From assembly GCA_032718475.1 (NCBI GenBank), contig JAUCBJ010004241.1, positions 15,619 through 79,618 on the forward strand: a DNA stretch of 64,000 nucleotides, in the 5' to 3' direction. The position numbers and the translations under genes were made by a program. Each line of letters begins with the position of its first letter. Positions within the stretch are counted from its first letter, which is position 1. Below, one piece after another: positions 25,717-36,627 of this stretch. The notes beneath the pieces were generated by a model, which was given only the letters and a program-made list of their open reading frames with translations, did no database searches and was not told where the DNA came from. The DNA is from Nemertoderma westbladi. Taxonomy: Eukaryota; Animalia; Xenacoelomorpha.

Positions 25717-26883
25717 TCAACTGTTTGTCACTGGCCATTGGGGAGGGTCGGCGTCCCTACTCAGTAGCTTTGGGATGGTCGACTGAGCCACCCTAGATCC
25801 TCCTCTAAGGGCCACTGCTACAATCCTACGGAGCTTGGCGAGAACATCAATTATATCCTTCTTGCTAACACCATTGTTAGTAACAGCCCTAAATGAAAAC
25901 TCGTCTACCGCAAGCACTCGAACACAAGGCTGACCGAATTCCCCTTCCACAGAACGTAAACTCTCAACAACCCAATCCACGGTTATCTTTATACCTTTCT
26001 GCAGATGAATTATTAGAATATTTGTCGCTATCGATTCTGTTTTCACATAGATAAATCCAATCATTGTGTCATTGATACCTGCGGCTAGGAATCTAGCGTT
26101 GCTATGATCCTCATGGAGTCGTCTGTAACCTTTAGTAATAGCAACCAATCCAGGCGCCGCAATCACGCCCGCTTGGTTCATCCCTCCCCCAAGTAATTTA
26201 CGCATCCGTCGTCCGTATTCAATAAGCCCCGTAGAACCAACTAACAAACTACCAATAGGCGCTCCTAGACTTTTGCTAAGACTTACCATAACGGAATCGC
26301 AATGCTTTACAACTTCTTTAGGGTCTACACCAAGAGCTACAGCTGCGTTGAAGACCCTTGCGCCGTCCAAATGAACTGGAATGCCATAACTTTGTTTTAT
26401 CCCATTTATTTGATCCATATATTCCAGAGGAAGACACACACCACCGCAGTAGTTTTGTGTATTTTCTAGACAGATTAAGGCGGTTTCAGTGAGTTGATTC
26501 AGTGCCGCATGAGGTTTCTTTATATTACACATTATATCGGATATTCTCAAGGTTCCATCCGGTTGGTTTGCAAGGGGGACAAGTTGGACTCCCGCGATTT
26601 GTGCAGCTGTGCTTGACTCGTGTACGTTTATATGAGATATGCTTCCTACTATCGCCTCAGCGGATGGCCCTTTACAGTAATTCATTATGGCAATCAGATT
26701 TCCCATTCTACCCGCTGGTAGTAACAATGCCGCCTGTTTACCCAGAAGGTCGGCAACCTCTTGCTCCAGACGATTTACGGTATCATCTTCGCTGTAAGAA
26801 TCGTCGCCAACCACGGCGTTAAACATCGCTATTCGCATTTCTTGGCAAGGCTGTGTAACTGTGTCGCTTCGAAGATCGATCAT
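25717..26883 (-). CDS. Low-specificity L-threonine aldolase (THA1/GLY1/LtaE family, PLP-dependent), intronless
   Basis: IDLRSDTVTQP, CLENT, VHLDGAR, SLSKSLGAPIGS (PLP lysine), RKLLGGGM motifs; 388 aa. Confidence 0.93.
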   Translation of the reverse strand: MIDLRSDTVTQPCQEMRIAMFNAVVGDDSYSEDDTVNRLEQEVADLLGKQAALLLPAGRMGNLIAIMNYCKGPSAEAIVGSISHINVHESSTAAQIAGVQLVPLANQPDGTLRISDIMCNIKKPHAALNQLTETALICLENTQNYCGGVCLPLEYMDQINGIKQSYGIPVHLDGARVFNAAVALGVDPKEVVKHCDSVMVSLSKSLGAPIGSLLVGSTGLIEYGRRMRKLLGGGMNQAGVIAAPGLVAITKGYRRLHEDHSNARFLAAGINDTMIGFIYVKTESIATNILIIHLQKGIKITVDWVVESLRSVEGEFGQPCVRVLAVDEFSFRAVTNNGVSKKDIIDVLAKLRRIVAVALRGGSRVAQSTIPKLLSRDADPPQWPVTNS

Positions 26884-26957
26884 TGTCAGCTTATATAATT
26901 AGGATTTTAGTAAGCAAATATCTTACGAAAGTTCAAAATTTGTGCGGCAAGTGTCCC

Positions 26958-27056
26958 CATGATCTACTATAACATATATGTATATTACATATAATTACGT
27001 ATATTACATATATATATGTAACATACATATATATATATATGTTATAGTAGGTCATG
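26958..27056. mobile_element. 99-bp P-superfamily remnant, probable excision footprint
   Basis: CATGATCTACTATAAC + TA-rich filler + GTTATAGTAGGTCATG; 7-bp TSD GTGTCCC both sides; ends match the TIR tips of 33329-34505. Confidence 0.85.
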
Positions 27057-27666
27057 GTGTCCCCCATATCAATAACGTCGTAAGAAAAAACTACCATTTT
27101 GTATTGTGGCTATTTAAAATTTAAAAAATAGGGTCATACGGAGTATCTCCACATCTACATTAATAAAACTAAAAGCAGTACCATTCATCATTATTTTAGT
27201 GAATAGTTTATACACCATGTCCTGGAATCCACTTCGAAATATTTAAAAACTTGTTATAACAAATTACTGTATTAGAAACCACGATAATATCTAACCAAAA
27301 TATAATATTTTGTAGGCCTACTACAGTATATATAATGGCGCGCTAAAAGTTTGATGTCAAACAAACAAAACCACTTGAAAACTAGTCAGTCAGTCAGTAG
27401 TTACTGTAGTTATGCTGATAAAATGCATACTCGTTCGTTGGGAGGGGATTAAATTAAATGGTCCCTACAGATGTAATGTAAATACTTTGTGTGTTTCAAC
27501 TTATTTGTAAATAATCTTATGTGATAAGATTATTAATAATGTGATATTATATTATTAATAATGTGATAACATTACCTTGCCGTGCTTTATGAATTATATT
27601 TCGTGTTTGTTTTATTTGTTAATATCACAAAAGTAATTCATGATGATGATGACATGTTTGTCTCTC

Positions 27667-28598
27667 AGGGGTCATTCAAGTATTACCGTCATCACTTGGG
27701 GGTGGGTGGGCATTGAGCTGGTTGATGACCCATGATTATGGGGGTCCCTCGCCAGCTGAATGTGACAGTCATCATATCTATACTTGACCTGCAAGCTGGC
27801 TTTAAACGAACCTGCCCCTCAAACCAGTACCCTGAGTGAGTGAAAATGAAAACACGAAAATTGCCATCAATTCAACGATAGAAACACCAGCTGCTGGTAC
27901 TCAGGAGGGCCTAGTAAGCTACTACTATTTATTGAATGGATAGCCCAAACTGCAGAGAAGTATATTACTTGCCAAATTTATTACTATCTCACTCTAACCC
28001 AGACAGTAATCAAATATCAACTGTTATTTTGTATATTGTATTACCCCCCAGCTGAATAGCTCTTCCCAGTGAATCCTATGGGAATATCATTGTAAGCACT
28101 GGGCCGTTCAAATGTTTTATAGGTTGATGATAATGAATGATGAGGGACCCAATTACACTACGTTTGTCTATGGAAGGTCTCCTTATAGCCAGCTTACTGG
28201 CTTTTATAGTTGAATCATATTATTCTGCAACCAATAATTTACTCTTTTAGACGAATTAGTGCGTTTTTTTTTGCCGGACTGACAAATTTTGGCGACGTTC
28301 TGGCGAGATTGGCGATATTTGAAATCGAAAGACAATAATAAATGCAATAATAAATCTATCAAAACTGTTTTTATAAGTACAAATTTCCAGGGGGGGGGGG
28401 GGGGGGGGGTGGGGACTGGACGCAATAAAAATGCATCCACCCCCCCCCCCCCCGTCTCCATATTTCATGGCAATAAACCTCAGCTACAGTATATTTTCAT
28501 TAATTAATTGTACCCGGTAGTTTTAGATATATGATGACCTTGGGGTTGGGGGGTTGGATCACTAAATGAGCTTATGATGGCCAGGGGGTGTGTGCCGT

Positions 28599-28629
<31 letters not shown>

Positions 28630-28672
28630 GGGGGATACCCTTTTTGATTACGGTAATACTTGAATGACCCCT
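27667..28672. mobile_element. ~1-kb non-autonomous DNA transposon with 23-bp TIRs (superfamily not assigned)
   Basis: AGGGGTCATTCAAGTATTACCGT ... ACGGTAATACTTGAATGACCCCT; no clean TSD seen. Confidence 0.75.
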
Positions 28673-29218
28673 ACAACATGGTATTATTCACATCATGGCA
28701 TAAAACACGTTTATTAATTTGTAAATTTTTTGGGGGCCTCGAGCCTCTATACATCTGACTGTTGGTTCTCAATTTAAATTTGGTTTTATATTCTACAACA
28801 CTCCTAACTCATATTTATTGTTTTGGTTCCTTTCAACTCGCCTCTGTAACCTAACCTGCTCCTTTACTAACCTGCCCCGTGTAGGAGGCCCCCAAACAGG
28901 ATAATCCCTGTAAATCGTATTTAATACTGTAATATAGACTGATAGACAAAGCCTACTACACAGCTACACACCTACACATAGTATTAATTAATTCTGTAAT
29001 TGTATGGCTAAGGCTGTAAGGCCTATTATTATATCAGCTGATATGGCAGTACTGCAGTACCAGAGTACAGCAGTACTGCAGTATGGTGTATAAAATATGT
29101 AACTTTAGACAGTCGTAGTCCTTAACGTACTGCAGTACTGTAAAAAAAAATCCATTACCGGTAGACGTTATAGGAAGGTAGGACCAACTCTGCAACTGAT
29201 ACGGATCACTACAGCACT

Positions 29219-30130
29219 ATGTCGGTATTATATGAACCCGACGGGGAACATTATGTAATATGTCCGTATGATCCTGTACATCGTATACGTCAGAGTCGCT
29301 GGGCTCCTCATATCAGCAAATGTCGCAGAAACCACCCAAATATTAATTTGGAGGAGTGTCCGTTTAACTCACGACACCTCTTACCGCCAGCAACCTTGAA
29401 ACATCACATAAGTGAATGCAGGGACCGAGTGCAGATAGTAGGTATTCAAGCACGTAATCAATGCGCAGCTAGGCGTAATGGTGGTTGTGAGGCGGGCGTG
29501 ATAGCGGGCGACGCACGGGGTACTCCTGCGGCGGCTATCCGGCTCACGGACGAAGATTGGGAAGCGGAATGTAGCGCTTCTCAGTCCTCGCATAGCGTCG
29601 GGTACTCTAGCGGGTTCCACCAACCCCAGTCTAGCGGGTTCCAACCCCAGTCAAGCGGGTTTCAACCCCAGTCTAGCGGGTTCCAACCCCAGTCTAACGG
29701 GTTCCAACCCCAGTCAAGCGGGTTACAACCCCAGTCTAGCGGGTTTCAACCCCAGTCTAACGGGTTCCAACCCCAGTCTAACGGGTTCCAACCCCAGTCA
29801 AGCGGGTTTCAACCCCAGTCTAGCGGGTTCCAACCCCAGTCTAGCGGGTTTCAACCCCAGTCTTCTGGGTTCCAACCCAAGTCTACCGGGTTCCAACCCC
29901 AGTCTACTGGGTCTGCACCGCAGTATTCCGCAATCGATTCTCGTCCATGCGGGTTGCACCCTCGCGGGGTTGGGTTGGCCTCTATCGGTGGCAGTAATGA
30001 CGGCGTTTCTTCGATTACATCGCTTACCAGTGTACCAAGTGCGCCTATCGGAATGGGCAGAGGAGTAGGACGGCCAGCCAACATGCCACCACCACCTGGA
30101 TTAGGCCGCGGTATAGGTTATATGATATAG
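29219..30130 (+). CDS. GTSF1: GTSF1/Asterix/Cue110-like protein (two CHHC U11-48K-type zinc fingers), intronless
   Basis: CPYDPVH...HISKC and CPFNSRH...HISEC tandem CHHC fingers; acidic DEDWE motif; C-terminal GRG motifs; orthology versus paralogy not resolved. Confidence 0.82.
   Translation: MSVLYEPDGEHYVICPYDPVHRIRQSRWAPHISKCRRNHPNINLEECPFNSRHLLPPATLKHHISECRDRVQIVGIQARNQCAARRNGGCEAGVIAGDARGTPAAAIRLTDEDWEAECSASQSSHSVGYSSGFHQPQSSGFQPQSSGFQPQSSGFQPQSNGFQPQSSGLQPQSSGFQPQSNGFQPQSNGFQPQSSGFQPQSSGFQPQSSGFQPQSSGFQPKSTGFQPQSTGSAPQYSAIDSRPCGLHPRGVGLASIGGSNDGVSSITSLTSVPSAPIGMGRGVGRPANMPPPPGLGRGIGYMI
29621..29914 (+). repeat. Coding 21-bp minisatellite (14 x QPQSSGF) inside the GTSF1-like gene
   Basis: CAACCCCAGTCTAGCGGGTTC units in frame. 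Confidence 0.95.
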
Positions 30131-31556
30131 CATAGTCGAACTCTTATGATATAAGTTACTCATTTATCAGTTTATTTTACGTACCAATGAACTTAAGGAG
30201 ATAAATAATGTTAATTTTTATTTGCAACTACCGTTACTGCCATTAATTATTACTGCAATTTCCCAACAGCAATAGGCAGGTAGTTACTGAAATTTATATA
30301 GGCCCTATATGTTTTTGAACTCTATAAATTGTAGGATTTACCTTTTCCTTGCGTTTAGTCTATATTGTTTATTAGTATCTATAGAGTAGAAGCAATACTC
30401 GTATATCAGAATTATTGTTTTCAAGAAGCATTACGTATAACTATTGATCCAACAACCGGTAAAACCGGTCATAGATTGTTAATTAGATAATATCTGTTTC
30501 TGTTGTGTCTGGTCATATAATATACACAATATAATAGTAATACATCGATATAGTCTTGAGCTTCCAAAGTCTGTCATATACATAGGTAAATAAAATATAA
30601 GTACGAACGTATGTACTTAAATAAGTACTTAATTGCAACCGCTTTTTCTTAAAAGGTGCTGTTAATGTGATTTTAGCGCAACACGCGTTTTATTTTATGA
30701 GATCCACGAGCCATGTTTCCTAAAATTCCCTTAGAAAGTATTTTGAATTGTCCTAGTAAGGAGTGGAGTGCTTACTGGCGCAGTCGAGCAGATCGCGCAG
30801 TAGTGTTTATTAATAATAATAAGTGAAATTTTATATATACACGGAATTTTGGAATTTTAAAGAAATCTGACCTTTGAGGGCCCTGATATGTTTTTACTTT
30901 GTTCTTAAATTCGGGTTAATCCGAGGGCTCAGTGTTTTCTCTTATAAAATAAATAAAATTGCGTCAATGAATCTACAATACAGTTGATAATATTATCATT
31001 GATATATTATTATTAGTGCTGTGCAGTTTATATGGGCAATGTTAGACGCATGAAATAATGTCAATATTAGGTGATTGAAAGACATTATTTACTGATTTGT
31101 TTTATACAATATATTTTTGCTTTGCTTTATTTTATGGTTATCTGAAAAAAATTACAATAAAAATTTAATATTATCATCGTTCTGTCTTATTCCATTCGGT
31201 ACATTAATTTATGTTCCGTGAACCTTTAAATAATTTACAAACCGACCCTGAGTTGTCTGGCATACAATCGTCGTGGGATTACTGTAGGTATTGGTCATTT
31301 TTATTCTATTCTATTTCTCATGATTTAGACGTATGTATTTTTTTAATTATCTTCAACTCATTTATATGGAATGTAGAAATGTATCATATATGATATACCA
31401 TACAAAAGAGACTAGAATTCCGTCCAGGTCACTGCACCCCCAACCCCACAGATCTTATCATCACAGAATTTAGTTCATAGAAAATTATCGAGAAGTATAC
31501 TGCTACACGCAATGAAATTTAATAAAAAATAGGTATATCACCTTCGTTAATATTGT

Positions 31557-32243
31557 TTAAAGATTTTTAAATGAATATTCCCGGCAAAAACATAAGTATA
31601 TAAAAGCGGTTGCGGCTAAAACAGAAATTACAAGAACAGTTACTTCAAATTGAAAAAAATACAAATATATGCAGGGCATAATTACCAAAATAACAACAGT
31701 AAATAATAATACCAATGGATGTTTTGCAATATTTGTTACATAATTGTATTTAAGTCGAATCTCCAAGCGCCCACTGCTTTCTGGGGTTGTTTCAATGCAG
31801 TAAATAATAGCGTAGTTTTTACGTATAAACTTGATTAATTCCTGTTTAATATCAACCTTTTCTTCACCTTTCCCGACCTTAATGATACGCGGAATACATT
31901 GTTTATAATCAGTTTCTTTGCAATACTTCATGGCTTCGTGCACCACTGATTTACATTCACCAATAACTAAGCCATTTAAATCTATGATCAAGCACATCTT
32001 GGGTATTATTGTCAAACAAGAAGCAAATAACTTCTGATTAACATCATACATGTTTATATCCTCAATCCAATAAATCAGATAGAAGAATAACATAGCCATC
32101 GGTGAGGTTGCGTTAATGCACTCCATATAGTAAAAATATCGTATTTCTTGCTGTTTACGGTAAAATTCAATCGCAGATTGTTTTTCGTCTGAGATTTCTT
32201 GAATATAATTCGTTTCTTCAGATTCTGCAACTATATTTGCCAT
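31557..32243 (-). CDS. DUF1771-Smr-like protein with two C-terminal transmembrane helices (paralog 1)
   Basis: IDLNGLVIGE, IIKVGKG, IKQELIKFI, GRLEIRL follow the Smr fold pattern (IDLHGL, ITGxG, IK..V..YL, G.L.V.L); helical N-terminus ending MYDVNQKLF resembles DUF1771; two hydrophobic segments at the end; ATG at 32243 aligns with paralog ATG. Confidence 0.65.
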   Translation of the reverse strand: MANIVAESEETNYIQEISDEKQSAIEFYRKQQEIRYFYYMECINATSPMAMLFFYLIYWIEDINMYDVNQKLFASCLTIIPKMCLIIDLNGLVIGECKSVVHEAMKYCKETDYKQCIPRIIKVGKGEEKVDIKQELIKFIRKNYAIIYCIETTPESSGRLEIRLKYNYVTNIAKHPLVLLFTVVILVIMPCIYLYFFQFEVTVLVISVLAATAFIYLCFCREYSFKNL

Positions 32244-32469
32244 TGTGAAAATTATACCTGTTTTTCTTTTTTCCTTTCGCTTTTTCAAATTAATAATTTT
32301 TTGTATATTTATCTTATGGACAATTTACAAATAATAGTATGGTTTATCAAAATAAATAAAAACTACAGAAACGAAATATCGGCCCATGTGAAGTGACTTT
32401 CTGCTGTTATATTTCACTTTGCAGTTAACCCCCATGGGAGGAGGGGGGGGGGGGGGGGGGAGTTTACCT

Positions 32470-32752
32470 GGTTTTCACTAAAAACCAAGTTGAGAATTTT
32501 AATACAATAAAAAAAACAAATACAGCAATTATGATAATATTGGCCCATGTGAAGAATACCAGACTTTCTGCCGTAATATTTCACTTTGCGGGGGTAATTG
32601 CAAAGTGAAATATTACGGCAGAAAGTCTGGTATTCTTCACATGGGCCAATATTATCATATCTCAAACTCTTTATTGCTGTATTTGTTTTTTTTTTATTGT
32701 ATTAAAATTTAAAAAAAAATTAAAAAAGACTCACCTTGGTTTTTAGTGAAAA
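32470..32752. repeat. Foldback/inverted repeat with perfect 59-bp stem (32531-32589 / 32600-32658); related pieces at 32380-32420 and 34580-34880
   Basis: ATGATAATATTGGCCCATGTGAAGAATACC...CACTTTGC and its exact reverse complement around a 10-nt loop. Confidence 0.85.
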
Positions 32753-32770
32753 CACTATATAAAACACTTA

Positions 32771-33323
32771 CACCATAACCCTTAATACAACAACCATTTT
32801 TAGGGGGTCGGAGCACCCTAAATTTGCTTAATTTGCATATCATATTTAATTTTAATGAAATATATTTTAGCGTTTAAAACTCTCCATCTTGTTTTTTCAT
32901 TACCCATAATTAATATTCTAGAATTGAGTAAAAACATTAGAATTATAGCGATTTACGTCACAAAAATTTACACCTTAGTATTTTGATAATATCTCCGGAA
33001 GTTCTTGGTGAAATCTACAACGGGTTTCATATTCGGAATCTGCAGATGAAGGCGGTTCTAATGATATCTAGATTTCATTCCAAAGACGACAAATAAAGCC
33101 GACGGATGTGGATAAATATTGCGAAATAGACGATTTTTAACGCCTTGTTGTATCGAAATAGCTCATAAATTAAAAACTCCGGCCAGGCCACCAGTAAGAA
33201 AAGGTGTCGATCTATCATCATACCAAATTTCGTAGCATTTTATTGAAATTTGAAAAAAATTAGGGGCGGGGGGGGGGGGGCTCCGACCCCCTAAAAATGG
33301 TTGTTGTATTAAGGGTTATGGGG
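32771..33323. mobile_element. ~550-bp MITE (TA-flanked)
   Basis: TIR CCATAACCCTTAATACAACAACCATTTTTAGGGGGTCGGAGC and reverse complement; truncated inverted relative at 39058-39470. Confidence 0.85.
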
Positions 33324-33328
33324 TAATA

Positions 33329-34505
33329 CATGACCTACTATAACCCGACCCGGAATGCTGCTGCAGGCATGAAAATTTAGTGGGGTAACTTTCAACTTTA
33401 ATAACTTTTTTCCACTTTATCTGCTGGTCACAAAAATTTCACTAATTATAGATTAGTAAATTTTTAACCTTTTGAGAAAATTTTTTTTGCTGCCAATTAC
33501 TATAGCAACCAGTAATGTAATTTCAATATATACATTTATTTTGCATTTTACAAGTGAAGACTTATATCGATTAAGTCAAAACTTGAATCAGGTATAGTAT
33601 GGTTAGTTGCCAATATTCTGTGAAGGTTTTAACATCACCTAGTTACCATAGCTACCAGCAGCGACGATTTAAAATATACACTTTTAACCTATATTTCAGA
33701 TAAAAAGTTAGAATTTTTCTTTTTAAGAAATTCAATATGCTGATTAAGTTAATAATATCTCGTCATTTCTTGCGCGCCGCCGGGTGGGGGGGGGGGGGGG
33801 GATATTTTGTACTTAAGGTTGCCATAGCAACTGGTATTCAAGTTTAAATTGTATTTATTGGAATATTCTTATTGCTACTGACATACCTTCATGAAAAATT
33901 ATTGGTTTGTATAATTGTAACAAATTTATAAAATTATTTTACTACCTGGTTACCGTAGTAACCATCAAAACTATGCTTTATAATAATTTTCAACAATTTA
34001 TATAATTTATTATTCCTCAGCACTTTTAGTCACTACTACTGGTATCAACGAAATATTATTAATGAAACTTTACCTTTTAATTTTACTTCTAGAAGAACGA
34101 TTGCTTGTCTGTCCGTACGTTGAGCTGACATTCACCAATGATTTCATCCTTCTCTATATTGTTTCGTTGATAATCGTTCTTGCTTCATCGAAGTTTTCCT
34201 TGTTGTAAAGGAACTTAGTCAATCCTATGTCGGAAAATCTATTACAGTACAAAATCAATCCATAGATAAAATTTGTTAAGGCTAGCCTGAAATGTATACA
34301 ATCTACTGAGGTGAAAAGAATTTTCTTTTCAAGAAAAGATTTCAAAGAAAAAATTTTCTCAAAAGGTAAAAAATTTACTAATCTATAATTAGTGAAATTT
34401 TTGTGACCAGCAAATAAAGTGGAAAAAAGTTATTAAAGTTGAAAGTTACCCCACTAAATTTTTATGCCTGCAGCAGCATTCCGGGTCGTGTTAAAGTAGG
34501 TCATG
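33329..34505. mobile_element. Non-autonomous P-superfamily-like DNA transposon (1177 bp)
   Basis: CATGACCTACTATAAC ... GTTAAAGTAGGTCATG termini, ~155-bp TIRs, 7-bp TSD GGTAATA at 33322-33328 and 34506-34512. Confidence 0.85.
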
Positions 34506-34932
34506 GGTAATACAAATAAATTTACAAAAATAAAAAATCTTCATATATAAAATTCCAATAAAAAGTCGACCGAAAAGTGAAATCCTGATATTCTTGGCCC
34601 ATGTGAAGAATACCAGACATTCTGCCGTTATATTTCACTTTGCACTTAGCCTATCCCCATGTGAAGAATACCAGGTTTTCACCAAAAACACAGGTTACAG
34701 AAGGGCTGAATCTAACCAAAACAATAAACGAATTAGTATATGTACAGGTTATAAGACATAAATAAGCGCTATTAAACACTTAATAAAGATAAATTAAAAA
34801 AAAAAAATCTTCATATATAAAATTCCAATAAAAAGTCTACCAAATAGTGAAATCCTGGTATACTTCACATGGGCGATATATTATTTACTTTGTATTGGTA
34901 CATTAACTGTACCTGTATAAATTAATTTAGTA

Positions 34933-35299
34933 ATGTCTCTCTCCACCATGGCTTCCTCTTGTCGATCTACTGGAAAAAGACGCCGATCCCAGAATTGGAA
35001 CGTCGGTGATTCCTATGAACTGGTTTCACTGTATGAAAGATTACACCCGACCATTTCAGGAGCATTCAATAAAACTAGAAATATAACTCCAGAATCCAAG
35101 GAACGTGCGTGGGTAGAGATTACGTTTAAGTTTAATATTTCAGGGGTTGACGGTACACGCACCAAGGACGAAATATATAAAAAAAATTGAAAATTGAAAC
35201 CATTGTTCGTACCGAAATTAAAGTTAAATGGACATTTAACGATGAAACCTTAAAGTTAAGGGATCCCTTAACTTTAAGGGAGCTTTGAACAACCGGCCC
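34933..35299 (+). mobile_element. Truncated Myb/SANT-like (MSANTD-type) ORF plus one Harbinger-like terminus
   Basis: RRRSQNWNVGDSYELV...KERAWVEIT..FN...RTKDEIYKK pattern, truncated where KKW is expected; 32-bp perfect palindrome 35248-35279; end GCTTTGAACAACCGGCCC; partner TIR not found. Confidence 0.6.
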
Positions 35300-36627
35300 T
35301 AGGCCTACTGTATGTGTTACTCACGCTATCAGATATTGTTGTGCATGTGCAATTCAATGAGCACTAAAACCATTCTGTAGTGGGTTAATTAAATTGTTGG
35401 CATAAGCATGCGGAAATTATTAAATCATGTGTGATAAATTCAAGTAAAGTGATTTCATACGTTATTGACTTTCACTTTTCATTTTCCAGTGAAAGTGAAA
35501 ATGGAAAAAAAATAACGAAGAATGAATGCAGTACCTGGTACTAAATAATATCGCCGCTGTTATTTTCTGTAGTTCAGCAATGGACTGCGCCTCTTAGTCA
35601 TGATGTAAGAGGGCTTTACACCACACCATATAATGTTTCCTCTTCTATTTGTGTTTATGTGAATGTTATGTGGCGTGGTGGCTATCAATTGTGAAATGTT
35701 CTCGATATGTAAAAGAGATCTTGGAGATAATAATGGATGAAAACTTGATAACAATAGCAATAAGGGTCCTGCTATGGTAAAGGCCAGGCATCACCATGTA
35801 GCTTGGCCTAACTAGGCCCCTACTCCCAAAAGTTAAACTTCAATATAACCGTTCAAATGTCTTTAGTGTATTGTCTTGGTTTAGAATAACCTGCCACTGT
35901 AACCTGTTCCTTTCCTTAAATTTATATTTAAAACATTGATTGAGACGGGAAATTATTAGAAAAGGTGGGAAGTTCGTCCAGTTTCCACACCCCCCCCCCC
36001 CCCCCCCCCCTTCGAATTGCTTACCAAAAACAAATAAAATGTTTCCATTTATGTACCATCAGTGGTATATGGTAAGGGTGGTTAATCCGCAGCTATTATT
36101 TATCTGTATCTTTATATCATCATATTGCGGGATCATCATTCGTAGTTATAATGGTTCTTTGGTTGTGTTACTGTGCGTGAACCATTCTACCAGTCATTCA
36201 ATGTAGGCTACTTATATGTAGTTGTTCTGACAAGTTATTTTGCACCCCCACCGAATCCCTGCTGCACCGGGAGTTTTAGAACAGTGGAACTTTTTGGGTT
36301 TGGTATGTTGACGTCTATGTGACACGTCAGTGTATGCGGTATTGCGGTTTTTAATCTCATTACGTTTCATTTTCTTTTTTTTTTTGGGGGGGGGGGGGGG
36401 GGGGTGTGGGGGTGGGGATCACTGAAATACGACAATATTGTATATTCTAGTCCACCCGTGTGTGTCATACCAGTGTGTTTTAATAAAACTAAATTGACAA
36501 CACGAATATATAAAATAAAATTTGTCAACAGGGGTGTGTGTGGATACGGGCTAAATTCCGTAAACAGTGATGCGCCAACCGTGACACATTCTGCATTCCA
36601 CACACTTGTGAACCTTGTGAGTTGTGA

